A stretch of 64,000 nt of DNA from Actinomycetota bacterium (lineage in GTDB: Bacteria > Actinomycetota > Thermoleophilia > Solirubrobacterales > 70-9). Of this stretch, positions 26,742 to 35,756 are shown one piece after another. The stretch is taken from positions 486-64,485 of the forward strand of contig JBKPOW010000052.1 of NCBI GenBank assembly GCA_046733275.1, read 5' to 3'. The stretch's first letter is position 1. Each line of letters begins with the position of its first letter. The notes under the pieces were generated by a model. That model ran no database searches and was not told the origin of the DNA. It saw only the letters and a list, made by a program, of their open reading frames with translations. Made by a program: the position numbers and the translations under genes.

Positions 26742-27527
26742 AAACGAGAATTTGTGCGGTGATCGCGGCGGCCGTTGCGCTGCTGTGCATTGGTTCCTCG
26801 GCGCAGGCGTCGGACCGTAACGATCGGTGATCCGTCGCTCGTCACCGGCAACAAAGCCATGGGATGCGGATCGAAAAGCGCTTGCACCTTTGTCGGCATC
26901 GGACTCCCCTCGCAGCTTGGCATTACCAGATCGCCTATCGAGGGCAGGATCATCAGTTGGCGGATGGTGACCTTCGGCAATCCGCCACCTGGCTACGCGA
27001 TCCGCGTGATGAAGGCGTTTGAAGGCCAGAACGATGAATTCACCGGTGGCGCGACGTCGGCACCCGTCAATCCGCCAAGCGTGGTCGGCGGACTGCAGGA
27101 ATTCGCAGCCGACGTCCCGATCGAAGTAAGGGACTACGTCGGCCTTGATGTTCCGGTCAACGGCACGGTCTCGTTGGGGGCCGGGCCGTCGGGCTCTTAC
27201 AGGTACTTCAACCCAACGCTCCCGGTGGGCGAAACCCGCTCGACCGGCGTCTTCTCGCCCCAGCTCGCCTTCAATGCCGAGATCAAGCCCCGACCAGAAG
27301 TCAAAGCGATCGGTCCCACTATCGGGCCCGTCGCGGGTGGCACGCTTGTAACCATCGCCGGGACAGAGCTAGGGGACGTGGTTGGTGTGAACGCAGTCGC
27401 GGGAACGTCACCGAAGCGAAGCGCCGGCGTACGGACCGGCAGGGTTGTCAAGCAGCGGCCCGAAGGTGGCGCCTCGGTTCCAATAGGAACCAAGATCGTC
27501 GTCACTCTGCGCAAACCCGGCAAGTGA
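26742..27527 (+). pseudogene. Secreted protein with IPT/TIG-like and PASTA-like C-terminal segments; frameshift just after the signal peptide
   Basis: The signal peptide MGRETRICAVIAAAVALLCIGSSAQA is in one frame and stops at about 26830. The mature part TVTIGDPSL...IGPVAGGTLVTIAGTELG is in track ORF 26775..27527. Confidence 0.55.
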
Positions 27528-27587
27528 TCGCCGCTGCGCGGCGCTCGGGGTGTCTTCTTTAGAAGAGCGTCGCGCCGAGCATGATCG

Positions 27588-27641
27588 CCTTACGGCCGAG
27601 AGGTCTCGCGAACTCGATGCTATTGGGCACTCCGCAGGAGT
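27588..27641 (+). repeat. Repeat family copy L4, left part, hairpin interrupted
   Basis: CTTACGG..CTCGATGCTATTGGGCACTCCGCAGGAGT aligns with L2 as far as GGAGT and then diverges into IS sequence. Confidence 0.5.
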
Positions 27642-28127
27642 CAGGCAAGGAACGGCTCGTGGAGGTAGCTCCCCGCTGGCGTTTGCGGAGCTGGGGTGGA
27701 TCGATGAGTGGGAGTTCCTGGTGCAGCCCAGGCTGGTGGGCCAATGGGCCGACGTTGCTCGCGGGCCAGCGTGTCGACTCGGCGGCGAGGCCCCGGATCC
27801 CGCGGTCGGCCGACGAGCAGCTTGACCGGCCTTCGCTTGTGAGCCCTGCCGATGCCGATGTGGTGCAGCCTGCTGTCGTGGCGCAGGGTCACGGTGCCGC
27901 TGGCGTCGACCTTGTCCTCGCGGACACGGAAGTGGGTCTCTGCTGAGGGAGAGCCAGGTGCCCGCGCCTTGGCCCGGGCGCCGAAGGCCTGCACGGGCAT
28001 GCGCCCGCCGAGTGCCCTGTGTGGCCTTCTCGCGTTGTAGTAGCTGGTGAAACCGTCGAGTTGCCGTTGCAGGTGGGCAGCGGTGATGTCAGACAACGCC
28101 CTCGCCTACCGCAGGTCGAACGTCTTC
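27642..28127 (-). mobile_element. IS481-family transposase remnant (C-terminal third, frameshifted tail)
   Basis: LQRQLDGFTSYYNARRPHRALGGRMP..HFRVREDKVDASGTVTLRHDSRLHHIGIGRAH. Confidence 0.7.
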
Positions 28128-28129
28128 AA

Positions 28130-28185
28130 GCGATTAGCGGCGATATCGGCCGGTTCCGCGTCGCTTCCGCCAGCGGCGGGGGAGC
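28130..28185 (+). repeat. Repeat family tail fragment (GCGATTAGCGGCGATATCGGCCGGTTCCGCGTCGCTT)
   Basis: Near-identical to 3019-3055 (GCGATTAGCGGCGATTTCGCCCGGTCCCGCCTCGCTT). Confidence 0.6.
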
Positions 28186-28590
28186 TAAGTTTGCCGGCGC
28201 CAAGACATAAGTGCCCCTGGCGGCGCGCTAACGCCCCGGGGCCTGGCCACGAAGCACCTTCTGTCGGTAAGCGATCCCTTCGACGCCCTGGACTCGGAGC
28301 GCGCGACCTGAGTGTCTCCAATCAGGCCCTACGTCTTCCCGCCCCGCAAGCCGAAAGCCAAAGGCCCGCCACCGGAGCCGATCCTCCGGGGCACTCCGGC
28401 GGGACGGGCCCTCACCGACTCATTCGACCCGACCGCGGATCTCTGCGTCGACGTTGTGATCGGCGAGCCGGTCGACGGCCTCAACAACAGCGGCTGACGG
28501 GCACGCGCCTGTAGAGCGGGCCACGTCCCTGCGTCGGTCGATTGCCCTGGCCAGCGCCGTCAGCGCGATCGCGGGCTCCTGAGAGCTCTC

Positions 28591-28619
28591 TTGACATTCA
28601 GACACACGTGTGTCTTAAT
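28591..28619 (+). promoter_or_regulatory. Sigma70-type promoter candidate: TTGACA, 17 nt, CTTAAT
   Basis: -35 at 28591-96 and -10 at 28614-19, about 125 nt upstream of the first gene of the big operon. Confidence 0.55.
28600..28615. promoter_or_regulatory. Perfect 16-bp palindrome AGACACACGTGTGTCT in the promoter spacer (operator candidate)
   Basis: Read directly from the sequence. It overlaps the -10 element by 2 nt. Confidence 0.7.
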
Positions 28620-28744
28620 CCCCCGCAGCACGAGAAACACGGATGTCCGCGTTTCTCGTGACCACAGGGAACAGGATCAAAAGAGCCATGGGGCCGCCCA
28701 GGGAAGCGGCAGGCAGGGGCTCTAGCGGACAAGGAGAGAGATAC

Positions 28745-31700
28745 GTGAGACGCCACGCACCGCTTGCGGGAACGACCGGCGAGAAGTCGGCTCGCTTCCC
28801 CTGTGTCACCGTTGCCTTTCGCTTCTTCGCCGCCACCGTCTTCGCGCTCCTGCTCCTCAGCCCCGCCGCAAGCGCTCAGCGCGGCACTGTTCAGATCATC
28901 GATACGGGTGGAAGCGTCGCCAGCGTCGCCGTCGACGACGCGAGCGGCGACCTCTACGTTGCCTCGGGCGCAAACATCAAGGTCTATGACGCGTCCGGCG
29001 CATTTCAGTTCGAGTTCGGCGAACCGGCGAGCGACCTCGCCATCGACCAGGTCAGTCACAACGTCTACGCCCTTGAATCAGGCAAGCAACGCGTCGCCAA
29101 GTACGACGCAGCGGGCAATTTCCTCTTCTACTTCGGTTGGAACGTCAACCTTACCGAGGTCGGCAGCGCTCCCGAGATCTGCCCGAGGGACGGTTTCCCG
29201 GGAGATGTTTGCCAGGAGGGGGAGCCACGCAGGGACCCCGGCGCCATTGGATATCCGCGTGACCCTAAAATAGGAAATGATTTCTCAATCGCAGCTGCCG
29301 GAATTGCTGTGGGTCCTGGCGGGGCGGTATTCATTTCCGAACCGGGTGCAATCGAAATCGATATCTCCGAAAACGTCACGCGCGGCAATAATCGCGTCCA
29401 AATCTTTAGTAAATCGGGCGAATTTTCATCGACTTTCTCTCTCCCCTTCGATCCGAATTGCGATCCTCAAGTATTCGAATGTATTCAAACGTCCAACCAC
29501 GAGCCCGATCAAATCGCTGTCGACAGCCAGGGAGTGATCTACACCACTCCAGTTTCGTCCGGTGAAACCGCCGACCCCCGCTTCCCCGGTTGCAGCCTTG
29601 TGGCCAATTTCCAAGTATGCGTCGTCAAGCGCTTCACCTCTTCGGGGACCCAGCTGGCCGACTTCGCCCCCTCGCGGGTCTTTCCTAAACTCTTCGACAT
29701 AGCCGCCGACTTGAGCAACGGCGACATCTACGTCTATCAGGCCAGTAGTAAAGAGGCGAGGCAGTACGAGATCGCTGTCTACAGCAATCAAGGTAGCTTC
29801 CTGGAAGACGTAGCACTCGGCCTTCCGCCAGACGGTTCTGGCTTGGCCGTGCGCGCCGGTACCAGCCGGGCCTATACGTCAGACGGCACCAACCGCGTTT
29901 TCGTGCTCGACACGATCGCCCTCCTCCCCGAAGCGACGATGGACTCGGTCGCCGACATAACTTCCGGTGGCGCAACGTTCCACGGCACGGCAAACCCCCG
30001 GACGAGCGAAATCGAAACGGGCTATGTCTTCGAATACCGTCCTGACGGTGAGGACGACTGGACTCGAGTCTCGAGTTCGGACGTCCCGATCGGAACCGGC
30101 ACCGACCCGGTTCCGGTTACGCAGGAAGTCAGCGGCCTTGCGCCCAACACCACCTACCATGCGAGGCTCACGGTAGCCCGCGAACTGGGGGCGGGAGCGG
30201 CTCGTTCCAATGAGATTTCGTTCACCACCGACGCTGAGATCCCCACGGTCTCGCGCCTCGGCGCGTCCCGAATCACCGATACCGGCGCCCTGCTCGGTGC
30301 GCGGATAGACCCCAGGCACGCCGCCACCTCCTATTACTTCCAGTACGGGACCGATACGAGCTACGGAAGAACGGCTCCCGTGGCAGGGAACGGCGACGCC
30401 GGCGCCGGCCTCGGCGAAGTCGCCGTCTTCGAGCGCATCGAGGGCCTGACTGCGGACACCACCTATCACTACTGCCTCGTGGCGGAGAATTTCGTCGGCC
30501 AAGCTCCCTGCGAGGACCACACCTTCGGGACCACGACTACGGCGGCCCAGGATTGGTCGGCGCGGGGCCTCGAGCTCGTCAACGAGCCCGACAAGGGAAA
30601 TCAGAGCGCTCTGTACCCCGCCGGCACCTTCGACAACCAACGCATCATCTCTCCCGACGGCAGCCGTGTGCTGTGGGGGACCACCTCCGGCACGCCCGAC
30701 AGCACTGGCGGTAACGCCCCCTCTTTCGTCTCGAGGCGAACGCCGAGCGGTTGGCAAACCACCCCCTTTGCCCCGACCGTCGATCAGCAGCCCGATGGCT
30801 TTGCTGGAAGGCTCACCTACCGGCTCGTGGCGGCCAGCACCGAGCTCGACCAATTCATCGCCGTGGCAAGCGAAGGCCCCGGCTCGATCGCCGAATCGCT
30901 GCCGAACTACCTGGCACGCGTAAAAAGCCCATCTGAGCAGGAAGAGTTGGCACCGGTGACCTACGGAAGCTCGTTCGAATATTCAGAAGAGTTAGTCGCC
31001 TCGGCAGACCTTTCTCGGGCGGTCCATTCGCGGTTCCTGATCGGCTTCGAGGTCGGCCCCGATATAACGATCGCGACGCCGGACTGCGGGGGAGGGACCC
31101 GCGCCGGTCCGCCGATGTTGTCGGCTGGCGGTGCTCCTTCCCCGATGGGCAGCGCTGCCAATCCGGTCACCCACGACTATGCCTTTCTTTACAGCGCATC
31201 CGACAGCGGCTGCGGCGAATTGCCGGAGCTGTACGCGACCGACTTCGCGACGAACACTCCAACCCTGATCTCCGGTCCGGCGCTCGGCGCCCAGCGGGGC
31301 GCGTCGTTGATCGGAACCAAGCCCAGCGGCGAGGAAGCCCTGTTCGTCAGCAGGTCCCAGCTGGTCGCCGAGGACGCCGACAGCGGAAACGACGTCTACC
31401 TCTGGAAGGCGAGCGGAGGCCCGCCGAGCTGCCTTTCCTGTGACGTGGCCGGGTTCAACCCTTCGGAAAACCGCCACATCGCCAAGGCCTCGCGCGACTT
31501 CAGCCACGTCTACTACCTCGGCGCCGACGGGGCGACCTACGTCCTGCGAACCGAAACTCATGAGCTCCATCTCGTCAGCCTTGGCAAAACGCTCGTCACC
31601 GACGAGCGCACCAGGATCACCCCGGATGGCGATGTGGCGCTCTTCCGCTCGGTGGACGCGGGCACGGCCGACGAGAACCCCCGAAAACGCGGGCTGCTCT

Positions 31701-32302
31701 TCCGCTATGACGACCGGACCGAGAGCTTGGAGTGCGTGTCGTGTCAGGAGTTCAGCCACGGGCTCGGCGGAGATTCTGGCGGCGGGGTGTTCGAGGACAT
31801 CGTGGTCTCAGACGACGGCGATACGGTCGCCTTCTCCACGGGGGCGGCGCTCTCTCCGCGCGACATCAACCAGGAGATCGATGCCTATGAGTGGCACAAC
31901 GGCGTCGTGCGCCTGGTCACCGACGGAGTGCACGAGTGGCCGCACAATATTTACGGCGGCACGCCGCTGGTGTGGGGGATCTCGTCCAGCGGCAGAGATC
32001 TCTTCTTCTCGGCGGGCGGCGCCCGGCTCACCGGAGAAGAGCATGACTATTACGCGAATGTCTACGACGCGAGAATCGGCGGCGGCTTCTCTCAACCGGC
32101 CCCGCCGGCCCACTGCGCGGAGGACGCCTGCCAGGGCCCCCTGAGGCCGAGCCCTGCGCTCGACATCCAGGGCAGCTCCAATTTCCATGGTGCCGACACG
32201 CGGAAGGCCGCGCGGGCGCACCGGAAGAAGCGCCGGCACAAACGCCGACACAACCACCGGCGAGCACATAGCAAGCGGTCGGAGGGTCGTCGCCGTGGTT
32301 GA
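28745..32302 (+). CDS. Giant secreted protein: signal peptide, NHL-type beta-propeller repeats, FN3-like FEYG domains, PD40/TolB-like propeller, polybasic tail
   Basis: The GTG follows AAGGAGAGAG. NNRVQIFSKSGEF (NHL), YVFEYRPDG..GLAPNTTYHARL and YYFQYGTDTSYG..TADTTYHY (FN3-like), DGSRVLWG/DVYLWK/DGDVALF (PD40-like), ending KKRRHKRRHNHRRAHSKRSEGRRRG. Confidence 0.8.
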   Translation: MRRHAPLAGTTGEKSARFPCVTVAFRFFAATVFALLLLSPAASAQRGTVQIIDTGGSVASVAVDDASGDLYVASGANIKVYDASGAFQFEFGEPASDLAIDQVSHNVYALESGKQRVAKYDAAGNFLFYFGWNVNLTEVGSAPEICPRDGFPGDVCQEGEPRRDPGAIGYPRDPKIGNDFSIAAAGIAVGPGGAVFISEPGAIEIDISENVTRGNNRVQIFSKSGEFSSTFSLPFDPNCDPQVFECIQTSNHEPDQIAVDSQGVIYTTPVSSGETADPRFPGCSLVANFQVCVVKRFTSSGTQLADFAPSRVFPKLFDIAADLSNGDIYVYQASSKEARQYEIAVYSNQGSFLEDVALGLPPDGSGLAVRAGTSRAYTSDGTNRVFVLDTIALLPEATMDSVADITSGGATFHGTANPRTSEIETGYVFEYRPDGEDDWTRVSSSDVPIGTGTDPVPVTQEVSGLAPNTTYHARLTVARELGAGAARSNEISFTTDAEIPTVSRLGASRITDTGALLGARIDPRHAATSYYFQYGTDTSYGRTAPVAGNGDAGAGLGEVAVFERIEGLTADTTYHYCLVAENFVGQAPCEDHTFGTTTTAAQDWSARGLELVNEPDKGNQSALYPAGTFDNQRIISPDGSRVLWGTTSGTPDSTGGNAPSFVSRRTPSGWQTTPFAPTVDQQPDGFAGRLTYRLVAASTELDQFIAVASEGPGSIAESLPNYLARVKSPSEQEELAPVTYGSSFEYSEELVASADLSRAVHSRFLIGFEVGPDITIATPDCGGGTRAGPPMLSAGGAPSPMGSAANPVTHDYAFLYSASDSGCGELPELYATDFATNTPTLISGPALGAQRGASLIGTKPSGEEALFVSRSQLVAEDADSGNDVYLWKASGGPPSCLSCDVAGFNPSENRHIAKASRDFSHVYYLGADGATYVLRTETHELHLVSLGKTLVTDERTRITPDGDVALFRSVDAGTADENPRKRGLLFRYDDRTESLECVSCQEFSHGLGGDSGGGVFEDIVVSDDGDTVAFSTGAALSPRDINQEIDAYEWHNGVVRLVTDGVHEWPHNIYGGTPLVWGISSSGRDLFFSAGGARLTGEEHDYYANVYDARIGGGFSQPAPPAHCAEDACQGPLRPSPALDIQGSSNFHGADTRKAARAHRKKRRHKRRHNHRRAHSKRSEGRRRG

Positions 32303-32333
32303 GCCGAGAAAGAACGAGGGGAACGAGGCAATA

Positions 32334-35300
32334 ATGACCTGCAAGGATCAAAGCCAGCGCCTACGTAAGGCGGTCGGCATAGCCCTTCTCTCTTTGGCCG
32401 CCCTGCTGATGATGGCCGGCTCGGCGTCCGCGGCAGTCGAATGGGAAGTGAACGCTCAGTGGGGTGACACCGTGCTGCGCCCCGGCGGCACCGGCGAGTT
32501 CATGCTCCGCGTCAAGAACGTCGGCACCACCGATGCCAGCGGGGCGGTGACCTTGAAGGAGCATCTGCCGCCAGGAGTGACGATGACGGGCTTCGCCACC
32601 CGAGGCCTGGCGTGGCAGTGCTTTGGGACGCAGACCGTCACCTGCGCCACGAACCTGCTGGATTCCCTCGGCAATCCGACCGGAACGGCGATGAGCACCA
32701 CCATGGAGACTTCGCATTACCTACCTCAGCTCTTCATCGAAGTCGCAGCAAGCCCGGATGCCTCCGGCACCAAGCTCAACACGGTGACGGTATCCGGAGG
32801 GGGAGGGGCGGTCGCCTCGACCAGCATGCCGGTCAGCTTCGGCGACCAGCCGACCGACTACGGCATCCTCCCGCACAGCTTCTCGCCCGCCGACGTCTAT
32901 GACACACGTTCACCGGGCCTCGGCCGCGAGCGGCAGGCCGCCACCCATCCCGAGGAGCTGAGGGTGAGGTTCGACATGAATCTGGTGCACGATTTCAATA
33001 TCAAAGGGGAATCGTTCACCGAACCGGCCGGACGTCTCCGAACCGCGGAGGTGTCGTTGCCGCGAGGCCTGGTCGGCAACCCCGAGGCGCTGCCCAAGTG
33101 CGCGACCAGCGACTTTCTGCAGGAAGGACTGAGTCCGTTCACCGCGACGGGCTGTCCCTCCAATACCCAGGTCGGCTATATCGACCTGGAGCTCAACCTC
33201 AGCGCGACGGAACATGGCTACGGAATCTTCAGTGGCGCCGGAAACGCCTTTTCCCGCATAGCCATATACAACCTCGTCGCGCCGAAGGGCACGCCGGTGG
33301 ACCTCGGCTTCCGCGCCGGTGGCTTCGTCTACGGGCATATCTACGCGCAACTGGACCCGACGAGGGACTATGCGATCAAGTCGATTTCCCCCGATATCAG
33401 CACGGGCGCGCCGGTGCGCGGGGCGCGGGTTACGATCTGGGGTGTTCCGGGGGACCCGGCGCATGACCTCTACAGGGCGGTCCCACCGGTCAACTTCACC
33501 CCAGGCGGAGCGGCTATCCATGACCGCGATCCCTACGGCGCCGCCTTCACCAACGCGCCGGTCAGGCCGTTTCTGACGATGCCCTCCGATTGCGGCACGG
33601 ACAACGGCCCCTTCCTGATGCGGGCAGACTCCTGGGCGGCAAAAGGGGAGTTCACGCCGCTGCTCGAGGGCGAAGAGCGCGTCAACGTGGAAGGTTGCGA
33701 TGACCCACGCATCCGCTTCGAACCGGAAGTCTCGATCCAGCCGACGACTAGGGACGCGAGCCAGCCGACCGGCCTCGACATCCATTTGGAGACCCCGCAG
33801 CGAGACCAGACGATCGGAGGTCCAGAGCAGGCCGGCAAGCTCTATGACCAAAGCGGCAACCTGCACGCGATCGACACCCCGCCGATCAAGAAAGTGGTCG
33901 TGCGCATGCCCGAGGGGATGACGCTCTCCGCCTCAGCGGCCCAGGGCCTCACCGCCTGCAGCGCGGCCCAGATGGGCATCGGCAACAACGACCCGGTCAC
34001 CTGCCCGGATGCCTCCCAGTACGGGACCTTGACCCTGCACACCCCCGTGCTGCCACCCGATGAACCGATGAAGGGCTTCATCTACATCGCCAAGCAGAAG
34101 GAAAACCCCTTCAACGACTTCTTGGCGATGTACTTCGTGATCGAGGACTCCGAGCGCGGCCTGCGTATCAAGATTCCCGGCCGCGTCCAGCTCGATCCGG
34201 TAACGGGGCAGATCACGACCACCTTCGACGACCTGCCCCAGTTCCCGCTCTCCGACGTGCAGCTGACCTTCAAGTCGGGAGTCAGAGCGGCGCTCGTCAA
34301 CCCGGCCACCTGCGGCAAAAAGACGATCTCGGCCACCTTCTACTCCTGGGCCGAACCAGACAACCCGATCCCCAGCGACACCGACTACTCGGTGACCCAG
34401 AAGGCAGACGGCTCGCCCTGCTTCAACAACCTCGCCGAGCGCCCCTTCAAGGCGCAGATGTCGGCGGGGATGGTCAACCCCAACGCCGCCTCTTATAGCC
34501 CCTTCGTCTTCCGCATGACGCGCTCGGACGACGATCAGGAGCTGTCGCAGATCGGCGTCTCGATGCCGGCCGGGCTGACCTCGAAGCTGGCCGGGATAAC
34601 CCGCTGCTCCGAGGAGGCGATAGCGGCGGCCTCGAACCCGCTTCGCACGGGCACCGAAGAGGCAAGCTTCCCATCCTGTCCCGCCTCGAGCCAGGTGGGC
34701 ACTACCGAGGTCGGCTCAGGTGTCGGGGTTCCCCTCACCTTCGTCCCCGGCAAGGTCTACCTGGGCGGACCCTACAAAGGCGCGCCCCTGTCATTGGTCG
34801 TCATAACCCCGATCCTCGCCGGCCCCTATGACCTCGGCGTGATCGCGGTCAGAAGCGCGATCTCCCTCGATCCCAAGACCACTGCGGTAAGCGTTCTCAC
34901 CGATCCCTTCCCGCAGATCTTTCAGGGCATCCCGGTACGTCTCAGAGACATTCGCGTGCGGATCGATCGCAAGGACATGATGCGGAACCCGACCAACTGC
35001 GATGTCAAGCAAATCCACGCGCATCTAACCGGGGCCGGAGGAGAGGTCAATACCACCGCCGATGACACAGCGGCAGATCTCTATGAACGCTTCCAGGTCG
35101 CCAACTGCGCGGCGCTTCGCTTCAAGCCGAAGCTCAGCTTCCGCCTCAAGGGGGGTACGAAGCGAAACGACCATCCCGCCTTCACCGCGACCCTTACCGC
35201 AAAGGACGGCGAAGCCAACATCGCCAGAGCCGCGGTCACCCTGCCCCACTCGGTCTTCTTGGATCAGTCCCACATAAGGACGGTCTGCACCAGGGTGCAG

Positions 35301-35756
35301 TACGCAGCAGACCAGTGCCCGCAAGGAGCGGTCTACGGCCGCGTCAGGGCCTGGACCCCGCTGCTTGACGAAACCCTGGAAGGACCCGTTTACATGCGTT
35401 CATCAAGCCATCAGCTGCCCGACGTGGTCGCGACTCTGAACGGCATCCTCGACGTTGAACTCGTCGGCCGCATCGATTCGGTCAAGGGCTCCCTGCGCAC
35501 CACCTTCGACTTCGTCCCAGACCAGCCGGTGAGCAGGTTCGTACTTTCAATGCCGGGAGGAGGGAAGGGCCTCCTGGTCAACTCGACCAATACGTGCAAG
35601 TCAACCAACCGGGTCAAAGTCCTGCTCGACGGGCAAAACGGCAAGACCGCCGATCAGTTCCCCAAGCTGCGGAACGGCTGTGCCAAGGAGACACGGCGGG
35701 CAAAGGCGCGAGGGGCCAGGCGAGCAGAGCGCAAGAGCGGGAGGACGGGCCGATGA
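32334..35756 (+). CDS. Giant secreted protein: signal peptide, DUF11/CARDB-like N-domain, repeated roughly 200-aa Cys-pair modules, basic tail
   Basis: The ATG follows gaggggaacgagg. Signal peptide LLMMAGSASA. GTGEFMLRVKNVGTTDASGAVTLKEHLPPGV. A recurring LP.G..(C)..CP..SQVG..P.L..P..G.VY pattern occurs at least 3 times. Confidence 0.8.
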   Translation: MTCKDQSQRLRKAVGIALLSLAALLMMAGSASAAVEWEVNAQWGDTVLRPGGTGEFMLRVKNVGTTDASGAVTLKEHLPPGVTMTGFATRGLAWQCFGTQTVTCATNLLDSLGNPTGTAMSTTMETSHYLPQLFIEVAASPDASGTKLNTVTVSGGGGAVASTSMPVSFGDQPTDYGILPHSFSPADVYDTRSPGLGRERQAATHPEELRVRFDMNLVHDFNIKGESFTEPAGRLRTAEVSLPRGLVGNPEALPKCATSDFLQEGLSPFTATGCPSNTQVGYIDLELNLSATEHGYGIFSGAGNAFSRIAIYNLVAPKGTPVDLGFRAGGFVYGHIYAQLDPTRDYAIKSISPDISTGAPVRGARVTIWGVPGDPAHDLYRAVPPVNFTPGGAAIHDRDPYGAAFTNAPVRPFLTMPSDCGTDNGPFLMRADSWAAKGEFTPLLEGEERVNVEGCDDPRIRFEPEVSIQPTTRDASQPTGLDIHLETPQRDQTIGGPEQAGKLYDQSGNLHAIDTPPIKKVVVRMPEGMTLSASAAQGLTACSAAQMGIGNNDPVTCPDASQYGTLTLHTPVLPPDEPMKGFIYIAKQKENPFNDFLAMYFVIEDSERGLRIKIPGRVQLDPVTGQITTTFDDLPQFPLSDVQLTFKSGVRAALVNPATCGKKTISATFYSWAEPDNPIPSDTDYSVTQKADGSPCFNNLAERPFKAQMSAGMVNPNAASYSPFVFRMTRSDDDQELSQIGVSMPAGLTSKLAGITRCSEEAIAAASNPLRTGTEEASFPSCPASSQVGTTEVGSGVGVPLTFVPGKVYLGGPYKGAPLSLVVITPILAGPYDLGVIAVRSAISLDPKTTAVSVLTDPFPQIFQGIPVRLRDIRVRIDRKDMMRNPTNCDVKQIHAHLTGAGGEVNTTADDTAADLYERFQVANCAALRFKPKLSFRLKGGTKRNDHPAFTATLTAKDGEANIARAAVTLPHSVFLDQSHIRTVCTRVQYAADQCPQGAVYGRVRAWTPLLDETLEGPVYMRSSSHQLPDVVATLNGILDVELVGRIDSVKGSLRTTFDFVPDQPVSRFVLSMPGGGKGLLVNSTNTCKSTNRVKVLLDGQNGKTADQFPKLRNGCAKETRRAKARGARRAERKSGRTGR

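Noticed and set aside
28420-28605. A 60-aa minus-strand ORF as a divergent regulator of the big operon.
   Set aside because: Its start codon lies inside the promoter palindrome. It has no HTH-like segment, and the upstream frame looks like non-coding sequence.
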